From positions 32,001-96,000 of IMG/VR virus record IMGVR_UViG_3300035670_000030: a stretch of DNA of 64,000 bases; one strand, given 5' to 3'. This document shows, in pieces, positions 8,875 through 17,007 of this stretch (its first letter is position 1; each line of letters opens with the position of its first letter). The notes below the pieces were generated by a model. That model was not told the origin of the DNA, did not search any database, and saw only the letters and a program-made list of their open reading frames with translations. The position numbers were made by a program, and so were the translations under genes. Source of the stretch: a virus.

Positions 8875-8946
8875 TGCGCGATGAGAGGATTGAACTCCCG
8901 ACCTTGTCCGTGTAAAGGACCTGCTCTACCGCTAAGCTAATCGCGC
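8875..8946 (-). tRNA. tRNA-Val (anticodon TAC)
   Basis: GCGCGAT/ATCGCGC acceptor, loop TTTACAC, AGTTCAATC T-loop. Confidence 0.93.
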
Positions 8947-8962
8947 TATAATTTTCAAAAAA

Positions 8963-9232
8963 CTATTTATGATTAAATTTAAACCATGCATAAACAAGTA
9001 TTATACACATTATAAACCCAACTGAATAATTGGCAAACCACCAAATTCCAAACTGAGTTAAAAACATATAAACCATTCCTGATATGTAACCACAAATTGA
9101 CATCAGTATCAAGCCTAAAGATACATCTTTAGATGAACGATTTTTAAAAATTTTTAAAATTTGAGGTATATAACAAAACATAAAACTAATTGTCATTATG
9201 ATACCGAATATTTGTGCCAAATTTTCTTTCAT
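8963..9232 (-). CDS. SemiSWEET / PQ-loop membrane transporter
   Basis: YIPQILKIFKNRSSKDVS PQ-loop signature, three TM helices, 89 aa. Confidence 0.8.
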   Translation of the reverse strand: MKENLAQIFGIIMTISFMFCYIPQILKIFKNRSSKDVSLGLILMSICGYISGMVYMFLTQFGIWWFANYSVGFIMCIILVYAWFKFNHK

Positions 9233-9651
9233 TTGTATATTCTGGGTAATTTGAATTTCTTTTCAAACCATTTTATTAATTTTTTTCTCTCGCTTTTTAA
9301 ATAGGCGAAACGATATTGACCAAAAAATTTTCTCATCCCCCATGCGTCCCATTCTCGTTTTGCCCAATGCTCGACCCAATTTTCGGCTTTAAAAGATTTA
9401 ATAGCAGAATAATCATGCTCCTTATGGAATTTTTTCCATATCCCTTTTCTAGCACAATAAATATGCCCTAATTCATGAAATACAGCTTCTGCCATAGCTT
9501 TTCTTGGTAATTTTTTATCTATATAAATTATTTCATTTTCAGTATCCGCTTCTCCATCTAATTCTTTATTAAAACGAGTACGAAATACAACTTTGACTTC
9601 ATATTGAAGACAAATTTGCCTTAAAAATCGTATAGTTTTTTCTCTGTTCAT
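9229..9651 (-). CDS. ImmA/IrrE-like HExxH metallopeptidase domain protein
   Basis: IIYID...AVFHELGHIY and downstream AENW Glu. Confidence 0.6.
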   Translation of the reverse strand: MNREKTIRFLRQICLQYEVKVVFRTRFNKELDGEADTENEIIYIDKKLPRKAMAEAVFHELGHIYCARKGIWKKFHKEHDYSAIKSFKAENWVEHWAKREWDAWGMRKFFGQYRFAYLKSERKKLIKWFEKKFKLPRIYK

Positions 9652-9692
9652 TTTATTATTTTAATTTTTAAAATTAAAACTATCCATTTTAT

Positions 9693-9707
9693 GTGTAAAT
9701 AAAATAA
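9693..9707 (+). promoter_or_regulatory. putative phage late promoter GTGTAA-AT-rich
   Basis: GTGTAAATAAAATAA directly before ATG 9708; motif recurs at the same spacing elsewhere. Confidence 0.55.
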
Positions 9708-10046
9708 ATGAATCCGTCTTTAATTAAAACAGAATATTTGGCTACTGGACAATCCGCACCTTTTACTGGTGAATGGACAAATACAGCTCTTTGTAAAAAT
9801 GGTTTTATTGTGGTTTATGCAAGTGGTTCGAGTGTCGATATTAATCTACAAGCTAAAACACAATTAAATCAAAACCCAATGTTTTTGGAAGGCGGCTCCG
9901 CAGAGGCTGTTACTTTTTATACAGCAACAGGAGTTGGGGCTGGATATGGAGATCCTATTTTCTTTGATTCTCCTATTGCTAATATAAGATTAACCGCAAG
10001 TAATGGTAGCGCCCCAGTATTTGCTTATATAACTTATCAAAATTAA
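9708..10046 (+). CDS. hypothetical beta-rich protein, possibly virion-associated
   Basis: Gly/Ala/Thr-rich 112-aa ORF, opposite strand to neighbours, GTGTAA upstream. Confidence 0.6.
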   Translation: MNPSLIKTEYLATGQSAPFTGEWTNTALCKNGFIVVYASGSSVDINLQAKTQLNQNPMFLEGGSAEAVTFYTATGVGAGYGDPIFFDSPIANIRLTASNGSAPVFAYITYQN

Positions 10047-10261
10047 TCTTCTGATTCATCCTCTCTAGGAGGTCGAGGTTTAAATCCAGTTTTTCTTTTA
10101 TTAATATAAGCCATATTCGGCTGAAGTTTATACTCCGGATGGTCTGAATGGACTTGTGAATCTTCTACTGTCCACATTCCCATAAATGTCCATTTCATTT
10201 TTTTATCAAGCTTTTTCCAAAGCTCACTACTTTTTAATACTTGCATAGATGGCCAATACAT
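10043..10261 (-). CDS. hypothetical protein
   Basis: ORF sharing a TTAA stop with the convergent gene. Confidence 0.5.
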   Translation of the reverse strand: MYWPSMQVLKSSELWKKLDKKMKWTFMGMWTVEDSQVHSDHPEYKLQPNMAYINKRKTGFKPRPPREDESED

Positions 10262-10269
10262 AATGTTTA

Positions 10270-10755
10270 TTATCCTAAAAATTTTTTAAAAAGTCCAGTT
10301 TTTTTATTCTGACTTTCAATAAATAAATTAAAGTAATCAAAAATTCCTTTATTCCAAACTAGTAAATAATCAAAAGCTTCGATAGCTGGCATCATTCCCA
10401 TGCTCATTATTTCTTCATTAATAATTCTTTCATGGTCTTCAAAGTTATCCATAAAATCATATAAATAATTTAGGACTTCTTGTTTTTCTTCAAAAACTGC
10501 TGAATCTACCATTACTTCAGAAAACCATTGTCCATCAATTTTCTTCTTTGAAGATTTGAAAACACTTGTAAAAACAATATATTGATTTGATTCTTTCAAA
10601 TAAACTCCAAATATTATGTAAAATAAATTTTTATTTTTACGTTTATTAAATTTTTTTGAAATATCTGATATTAGACGTTTCGGTACGGCCCCAAACATTA
10701 CATCAAGATGTAAACCTTTTAATTGTTGAGCATTTAAAATTTGTTCTAAATCCAT
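10270..10755 (-). CDS. hypothetical protein
   Basis: 161-aa ORF. Confidence 0.65.
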   Translation of the reverse strand: MDLEQILNAQQLKGLHLDVMFGAVPKRLISDISKKFNKRKNKNLFYIIFGVYLKESNQYIVFTSVFKSSKKKIDGQWFSEVMVDSAVFEEKQEVLNYLYDFMDNFEDHERIINEEIMSMGMMPAIEAFDYLLVWNKGIFDYFNLFIESQNKKTGLFKKFLG

Positions 10756-10820
10756 TATTATAAGCTATTATAATAATGTAAGTATTAAATATATAAAAAA
10801 GTAGATAATTTATTTTTTTA

Positions 10821-10835
10821 GTGTAATATTAATAT
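10821..10835 (+). promoter_or_regulatory. putative phage late promoter GTGTAA-AT-rich
   Basis: GTGTAATATTAATAT directly before ATG 10836. Confidence 0.55.
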
Positions 10836-11417
10836 ATGCCAAACTTACTTCCATTTAGGGATTACAGCGAACATGAAGTTCTCAACTTTTTTGCTTGTAC
10901 AGCTATCGTAAATAAAGGAACGCTTGTTAAACCAAAAAGAAGCTGGAAATCTGTTGGCGCAACAGATAAAATGACTGCTGGCCCATTAGATCTAGGCGCA
11001 TCTGCCCCTGGGGCTTTATATCCAAATACGGTTACAAATAATTTTGAATTAGTTGGCCAAGTTGAACCAATTGTTAATTATGACGACGTTCCTACGGCTA
11101 TTGGGGTTTTATTAAAAGATGTTGCTGAATTTAATGAATACGGAGAAAAATACGTATTTAATCCACGCGAAGCTGCTGAAATGGATGTTATTATTAAAGA
11201 TATCCAAGCGGTTCCAATTTTAACTAGAGGAGTTATTCTTGTAAATGAGATAGACACAACGAATCGTGGCGGTGGCGGTGGTAATCCAGATATTGGAGAT
11301 GCCGCTTATGTTGGTGGAAATGGTAGAATTGGTACAGATGGTATTGTTGTTATTGGTAAGTTCCTTAGTCGTTTAGATGAAAATGGTTATGCTTTAGTTA
11401 AGATAAGCATACCATAA
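10836..11417 (+). CDS. putative capsid decoration/cement protein
   Basis: IGVLL...AVPILTRG...GDAAYVGGNGRI...IGKFLS pattern resembles head-decoration proteins; late-type promoter. Confidence 0.5.
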   Translation: MPNLLPFRDYSEHEVLNFFACTAIVNKGTLVKPKRSWKSVGATDKMTAGPLDLGASAPGALYPNTVTNNFELVGQVEPIVNYDDVPTAIGVLLKDVAEFNEYGEKYVFNPREAAEMDVIIKDIQAVPILTRGVILVNEIDTTNRGGGGGNPDIGDAAYVGGNGRIGTDGIVVIGKFLSRLDENGYALVKISIP

Positions 11418-11430
11418 TAATCAATTATTA

Positions 11431-11706
11431 TTAGTAATTTATAGAATTTTCTAAATATAGTTTATCCCATAGAATTTGATATTTATTTATAAATACATAT
11501 GGATCTTCCATATTTTCAATGTTATCTATATATTCTAATTTAAAATCAATATTATAAATATCAAAATTATTCATTAAACGTAAGTATAATAATATTTTAA
11601 CTAGTTTTATATCATTTGTTTCAAATATAAAATATTTATATTGTGAGAAATAAAAATTATTATTAACAAATTTTGTATTAAATAAATGATTAGTTAATTT
11701 TATCAT
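11431..11706 (-). CDS. hypothetical protein
   Basis: Very AT-rich ORF filling the gap. Confidence 0.4.
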   Translation of the reverse strand: MIKLTNHLFNTKFVNNNFYFSQYKYFIFETNDIKLVKILLYLRLMNNFDIYNIDFKLEYIDNIENMEDPYVFINKYQILWDKLYLENSINY

Positions 11707-11752
11707 ACTAAAGTTATTATAATTTATAATTCTAAATAACTATAATATAAAT

Positions 11753-12553
11753 ATGAAAATCATATTTAGTAATTTGTGCATGTCAAGATTCAAAAGTAAT
11801 ATTACCGAAAGAAGACTAAAAAACAATATTGAAATGGCAAAACTTTCGAATTTTTTAATTCAAAATCACGGATTTGAAACTTATTTTTATGGTGATCAAG
11901 ATTCTTTAAATTATTTTAAAGATGTAAATTATAATAAATTTTATGAACTCGAAGATCCTAGAATAGGAGAGATACCAGAACAAATATGGAGTATTGGTAA
12001 ATTATTTGCTATGCTCCAAATTAACGAACCATTTATTCATATTGATTCAGATATTTTTTTATTTAAAAAATTTAATGAAGATTTTTTGAAAAAAAATATT
12101 ATATTCTACCATAACGAATTTCATATGGATAAAGAGACAAAAAAATATCAAGATTTTTTTGAAATACGTCCTCAGAATACTAAATCTTTCAGATGTCGTT
12201 CTTATAATTGTGCTTTATTTGGTGGTCAAAATTTTAAGTTAATACATAATATTTGTAATGAAATTATTGATTTTATTATCGATAATAAACAAAAAATAGA
12301 ACAAAATTTAAATAAAAAAGAAAGTTTAAATTTCGAATCTTTTTGGCCAGCAGTCTTAATAGAACAAGTTTGGATATTTCAATTATTAAAATATTATAAA
12401 GAAGAATTTACTCCATATTTACATCGTACTGAAAATTTATATATTATTGGTAAAGAAGCATACGTTAAAAATATATGCCATTTACAAGGAGCTAAGTACA
12501 ATCCAATAGTGTATAAAAATATTTTATCTATGAATAAATTTTTTGGTATTTAG
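11753..12553 (+). CDS. GT-A-like nucleotide-sugar transferase (DUF6734-like)
   Basis: WSIGKL...EPFIHIDSDIFL (DxD), YNCALFGG, LIEQ, HLQG. Confidence 0.6.
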   Translation: MKIIFSNLCMSRFKSNITERRLKNNIEMAKLSNFLIQNHGFETYFYGDQDSLNYFKDVNYNKFYELEDPRIGEIPEQIWSIGKLFAMLQINEPFIHIDSDIFLFKKFNEDFLKKNIIFYHNEFHMDKETKKYQDFFEIRPQNTKSFRCRSYNCALFGGQNFKLIHNICNEIIDFIIDNKQKIEQNLNKKESLNFESFWPAVLIEQVWIFQLLKYYKEEFTPYLHRTENLYIIGKEAYVKNICHLQGAKYNPIVYKNILSMNKFFGI

Positions 12554-12566
12554 TGTAATAATATGT

Positions 12567-13475
12567 GTGATTAAAAAATATTTACTACCTGGAGATCAAA
12601 TTATTGAGACTGGGGATATTGTAACTTTATCAGATATTATAGATTGGGGAGTAATTGATATTGATGTTCCAAAATTATGGAATAAAAATAAAGGTGAAAA
12701 TATCTCTGTTATGGTATGTGATACCGGAATAATTGACCATGAAGATTTAAAAGATAATATAGATTTTGATAAAGCTAAAAGTTTTATAAAAAATGAAGAT
12801 TATATAGATCATCAAGGTCATGGCACTTCTGTAGCAGGAGTCATAGCAGCAAAAGATTCGGGTTTTGGAGTTATTGGTGTAGCCCCACATTCAAAAATAA
12901 TTCCAGTCAAAACATTATCAAATAAAGGTTTTGCTTACAATAATAGTCTAGAATCTTCTTTAAGATATGCTTTAGAAATCAAACCAGATATTGTTAATAT
13001 GTCTTTAGGTGGCAAGTCTCCTCAGGGACCAGTTTTTCATGATTTAATTAAGGAATTATATAAAATTAACATTCCTGTAATTTGTGCTATGGGAAATTAT
13101 GGAGAGAACTATTCTTGTTTTCCAGCAGATTATCCTGAAACCATTGGGGTAACTTCTTATAAAAAAGATCGCAATATATCTAATTTTTCTTCTAGAAGTG
13201 TTGATGCTGATTTTGCGCTTCCTGGGGAAAATATTTTAACAACAACTTTAAATAATCAATATTCAATTGTAAATGGCACGAGTTTTGCAGCGCCATTTTT
13301 ATCTGGTTTGGTGGCAATTATTCTTTCAGAGGCAAAGAAGAAAAATATTAATTATACGATAGATCAATTAAAAAATATCTTAATACAAAGCTGTGAAGAT
13401 TATGGTCCAGCTGGAAAAGATAATTTATTTGGTTATGGTATACTTAATATAAGTAAATTAGATGCTTTAATTTAA
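12567..13475 (+). CDS. S8 (subtilisin-like) serine peptidase
   Basis: Catalytic triad CDTG, GHGTSVAG, GTSFAAP; NMSLG; GTG start at 12567, 14 nt from GTGTAA at 12553; no signal peptide. Confidence 0.92.
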   Translation: MIKKYLLPGDQIIETGDIVTLSDIIDWGVIDIDVPKLWNKNKGENISVMVCDTGIIDHEDLKDNIDFDKAKSFIKNEDYIDHQGHGTSVAGVIAAKDSGFGVIGVAPHSKIIPVKTLSNKGFAYNNSLESSLRYALEIKPDIVNMSLGGKSPQGPVFHDLIKELYKINIPVICAMGNYGENYSCFPADYPETIGVTSYKKDRNISNFSSRSVDADFALPGENILTTTLNNQYSIVNGTSFAAPFLSGLVAIILSEAKKKNINYTIDQLKNILIQSCEDYGPAGKDNLFGYGILNISKLDALI

Positions 13476-13494
13476 AAAATTAAACCTTATTTAA

Positions 13495-14118
13495 TTAATA
13501 ACCGAATGCTTTTAGAGTATATTTAAAAGGTCTATTTTCTATAGACTTAACCGCATGTGCCATTTGTTTAGCAACATCTTGAATTTCTTTTTGCGCATTA
13601 TCATTATCACGCAACTTTAAAAAGTTTGCAAAACTACGCATATTAAACATAACATCTGCCTCAATTTGAGTATTATAAGTTCTAAAAAATCTTGCTGATT
13701 CTTTTGCGCGCTTTCTATCTATTCCATAGGAATTAGTAAGACTTTCAACACATTCATGATATAATTTTAATCCTTGAGATGTATAATCCTCTAATTTATC
13801 AATCCATTCAATAGGCCAATCATAAGGAATGTAATATTTATCTTCTTTTAATTCTTTGTAACGCGCCGATTCCGCGTTAATACTTGAGATGCGGTGTTTA
13901 AGTAAATGAATATGTGTTGCAATATCAGTGTTAACTAAAAAATGAACAACACCTTTTTCAAATGGCGTCTCATGACCATTTGACCATAACATATTAATTA
14001 AGTTTTCAATTCGGTTACGTTTTTCTTCACTTAAGTCTCTAGATGTCGAAGTCCATGCTGAACAAGCAATTATTTCATCTGACCCATAGTATCCAAGTAA
14101 TGTTACAGTATTATTCAT
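13495..14118 (-). CDS. thyX: FAD-dependent thymidylate synthase
   Basis: GHETPFE, KHRISSINAESARY (RHRx7S-type motif), KESAR, NMRS...LR...AQKEI. Confidence 0.93.
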   Translation of the reverse strand: MNNTVTLLGYYGSDEIIACSAWTSTSRDLSEEKRNRIENLINMLWSNGHETPFEKGVVHFLVNTDIATHIHLLKHRISSINAESARYKELKEDKYYIPYDWPIEWIDKLEDYTSQGLKLYHECVESLTNSYGIDRKRAKESARFFRTYNTQIEADVMFNMRSFANFLKLRDNDNAQKEIQDVAKQMAHAVKSIENRPFKYTLKAFGY

Positions 14119-14170
14119 AATAATAATTATTATAACTTAATATTATGACTATTTTAATTTATAATCAATA

Positions 14171-14740
14171 TTAATATTGTTTTTCTTCGTATGTGTAATC
14201 GTAATATTCAATATCGTCTTTATATATATCTGTAACTATTTCTCTTGCCTCTTGATCGTAGAAACTACTATAATGTGCTCGTGGAAGCCATGCTCCAAAT
14301 CGAGGTAATATTATCGATTCAACACCAATTATTTTACAAACAAGACTGAAATCAGTTTGTAAGTTTTCATATCTTCCAATAAAATCTACGCTTCTATCTA
14401 TCCACCATTTAATTGGTCTGAAATGTATTCTAAAAGAATCTCTTAAAATATTTTTAACAAATTTTTTAAAATCTTTTGGTATTGTTCTTCCGTATTCTAT
14501 ATCTTTTCCGTTTCCAAGTCCGTTTATTAAATATTGATGAGCGCTAACAATTCTATCGTACGGATTTCTTACAAAAGTAAACGTAAAATAATTTTTGTGA
14601 TCAATATGTTCGAACTCAGCAGCCCTGCTATGTTTAATAATATTTTTATGATCAAAATGGTGTTTAAGTGCAAATTGTATTGATCGCCCTCCTGTTTTGG
14701 GAATATGAATGAATAATGGAGTTTTTTTACACATAAACAA
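14171..14740 (-). CDS. sulfotransferase family 2 protein
   Basis: FIHIPKTGG (5'-PSB), FTFVRNPYDRIVSA (3'-PB), DFIGRYENL, YKDD. Confidence 0.85.
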   Translation of the reverse strand: MFMCKKTPLFIHIPKTGGRSIQFALKHHFDHKNIIKHSRAAEFEHIDHKNYFTFTFVRNPYDRIVSAHQYLINGLGNGKDIEYGRTIPKDFKKFVKNILRDSFRIHFRPIKWWIDRSVDFIGRYENLQTDFSLVCKIIGVESIILPRFGAWLPRAHYSSFYDQEAREIVTDIYKDDIEYYDYTYEEKQY

Positions 14741-14741
14741 A

Positions 14742-14882
14742 TTATTTATCTAATTCAGTAGTTTTATAATTATGATATCTTGACTTTTCTCCATACTTAG
14801 CCTCAAATTCTTCTGGATGAAAAGTTTCGATCTCGCTTTTGATACAGTCTTCAATATATTGATCAAATTCTTCTTGTGTCAT
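14742..14882 (-). CDS. small hypothetical protein (46 aa, not in ORF track)
   Basis: MTQEEFDQYIEDCIKSEIETFHPEEFEAKYGEKSRYHNYKTTELDK exactly fills the gap between neighbours. Confidence 0.5.
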   Translation of the reverse strand: MTQEEFDQYIEDCIKSEIETFHPEEFEAKYGEKSRYHNYKTTELDK

Positions 14883-14883
14883 G

Positions 14884-15774
14884 TTATATGTTTCTGGTCT
14901 CATTTGTTTTTTGTAAAAATTCAGTAATTGCGGCTTCTATCGGTATTTCATTTTTAAACCCCGTAAATTCTAAATTAGGAAAGTAGTTATTAAAAAACTT
15001 AAATTTTTTAGAATTTACCATTGGTTGGCCATAACCAGCCGCTTCAATATCTTCTTCTTTTATGTCTATGTCTTTTAAAGATAAAGAATTTAAGATTTTA
15101 GATATGAGTCCTATATAGTATTTTTTACTAGGATGATTATGCTGATAAGCTAAAAGAGTCGTTTTATAATTTTCTTTCACAAAACTTTCCATGCAAATAT
15201 AATTATTATATTTTACTGAATCCTCTTTTGCTCTTAACGCGTTTTCATTTCTATATCGTTCAAAATCTGTGCATATCGGATAGTCTCTTTCTAAAATATT
15301 TATTAACCCTGTATCATCAGAATCTCTAATGAAAGATGCTATCTCATTGATATTATTTTTGTCTTTTACTTTTGTTCTTGCATATTCTATATATGGTTTT
15401 AAGGATACCCAGTCACTGCAATATAAAAATAAACGTACATTTGGAAGACAAATGTTCATACCACTGGAGATATTTTCACATAAATATTCTGTTTTAAGTT
15501 CTGTTATAGGTGTGATCTCTGTAGAGGTAAATATAAAGATATCCGCCTGCTTTAATTTTTCATGCACAGATTTATAAATTTCTTTTTGTATTGGCTGATT
15601 TTCTTTTGTCCATACAGCAAAGTTTGTTTTATCGCCCCTCCAAATATTCATTGGAGCACAACTTTCATCACATTTAATAATCTCAAATGATTCTTTTAAT
15701 TTTTCGTTTTTTGAAAAAAAACGGGAGACCGTCCCAGTCTGGCAGTTACCATAAAATAATATTTTAAGTTTCAT
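14884..15774 (-). CDS. WcbI-like polysaccharide biosynthesis protein
   Basis: ILFYGNCQ, ADIFI, NHPS motifs. Confidence 0.6.
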   Translation of the reverse strand: MKLKILFYGNCQTGTVSRFFSKNEKLKESFEIIKCDESCAPMNIWRGDKTNFAVWTKENQPIQKEIYKSVHEKLKQADIFIFTSTEITPITELKTEYLCENISSGMNICLPNVRLFLYCSDWVSLKPYIEYARTKVKDKNNINEIASFIRDSDDTGLINILERDYPICTDFERYRNENALRAKEDSVKYNNYICMESFVKENYKTTLLAYQHNHPSKKYYIGLISKILNSLSLKDIDIKEEDIEAAGYGQPMVNSKKFKFFNNYFPNLEFTGFKNEIPIEAAITEFLQKTNETRNI

Positions 15775-15778
15775 TTAA

Positions 15779-16435
15779 TTATTTATCTTTATTTTGCTCA
15801 AACTGGTAAAAATAAAGTTCTTCTTCTCCAGCAAACCAACGGCTTCCAGTTTGTTCACAAGAAAATTCTTTATTAAAAACCATCCATTTTTCATGGCCTT
15901 TTAATTCAGAACCTATCCAGGCACCACCATCACGCCAAACTACACGATTTCCAGGTTGAATAAAATATTGCCCACCCTCACCTATCAATAAATGTCCTTG
16001 TTTATGGCCACCAGGGTTTTCACTTTGACCAGTCCTAAATTCTGGGCCATAAATCCAATCAAATGTCATTAAATATGTTGCATTATGCCAAGTTTTATCT
16101 TTTAAAACAATTTTACAAGCACTATTTTTTAAATATTCATATTTAATACACGATACGTATGGGGAGAAACTATCCCATAACTCAAGCCAATCAAGAGGAA
16201 AATTACTTAAACCTTCTTCTGGTAATTTATTATTTAGATAATGTATAGGGACTCTAGTATGAATACTACCCATTTCAGTCATTACAGAAAAAAGGCCGCA
16301 TCTTCTATTAATAGAAGTGAATCCAAATACTTCTACTGGAATAAATTCTTCTGTTTCTCTGGGTTTTTTATTATATAAAAAACTTGTATCTAAATAAGAT
16401 GTAAAAATTGGAATATCTGTATTAATATAAGACAT
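15779..16435 (-). CDS. conserved hypothetical phage protein
   Basis: LELWDSFS, YLMTFDW, HKQGH, QPGNRVVWRD motif-rich ORF. Confidence 0.7.
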   Translation of the reverse strand: MSYINTDIPIFTSYLDTSFLYNKKPRETEEFIPVEVFGFTSINRRCGLFSVMTEMGSIHTRVPIHYLNNKLPEEGLSNFPLDWLELWDSFSPYVSCIKYEYLKNSACKIVLKDKTWHNATYLMTFDWIYGPEFRTGQSENPGGHKQGHLLIGEGGQYFIQPGNRVVWRDGGAWIGSELKGHEKWMVFNKEFSCEQTGSRWFAGEEELYFYQFEQNKDK

Positions 16436-16439
16436 TTAG

Positions 16440-16465
16440 GTGTAATTCTTATATATATATTACAT
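16440..16465. promoter_or_regulatory. quasi-palindromic TGTAAT...ATTACA element between divergent genes
   Basis: GTGTAATTCTTATATATATATTACAT; late-type motif on both strands. Confidence 0.4.
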
Positions 16466-16472
16466 TTTTAAT

Positions 16473-16811
16473 ATGCTTACTTCCAATAAAAATAAGAAAA
16501 AAATTGTTGCAAACAATCCTAAACCCATTCATTTGTCAGATTTTTTGTCATTTGATAATATATGGAAATTAGCTATTTTAGCATTCATGATAGCTAGTTT
16601 ATATTTGCAAAATAATTTTATTACCAAATCAGAGTATAACAAAACTTCTGAAAAAGTACAAAGAATAGAGTTAATTCTAGGCCAGTTAGAAATAAAAAAT
16701 CAAGTTGATATTTCTCAAACTAAAACATTAGAACTAATTGAAATAAGATTGAGACAATTAGAACAAATGGTAGCTATTTTGGAATCTAGGCGTAATGAAA
16801 AAGAGAACTAA
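16473..16811 (+). CDS. membrane-anchored coiled-coil protein (possible lysis accessory)
   Basis: One TM helix then heptad-like C-terminus. Confidence 0.55.
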   Translation: MLTSNKNKKKIVANNPKPIHLSDFLSFDNIWKLAILAFMIASLYLQNNFITKSEYNKTSEKVQRIELILGQLEIKNQVDISQTKTLELIEIRLRQLEQMVAILESRRNEKEN

Positions 16812-17007
16812 AAAAATAATAAAAATATGCATTCAGTCAATGCTTATTTTATCTATTGTTTTATTGGGGGTTGCATTTTGTTTAATTTCTGTACGGCTAG
16901 GATTAGGTTTTAAATTAGACCCACCTTTTTGTTGGGCATCATTTTTACAAATGGGATTACTGATGTTAACAGGATGGGCATTTAATAAGGAATTATTTTA
17001 TTATTAA
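16795..17007 (+). CDS. small two-TM membrane protein (holin-like candidate)
   Basis: Basic N-terminus, two hydrophobic helices. Confidence 0.45.
   Translation: MKKRTKKIIKICIQSMLILSIVLLGVAFCLISVRLGLGFKLDPPFCWASFLQMGLLMLTGWAFNKELFYY

Noticed and set aside
8710-8940. 76-aa plus-strand ORF
   Set aside because: Antisense shadow of three tRNA genes
14727-14732. GTGTAA copies inside coding or tRNA sequence (also near 8900 and 51405)
   Set aside because: No start codon at the characteristic distance; expected by chance
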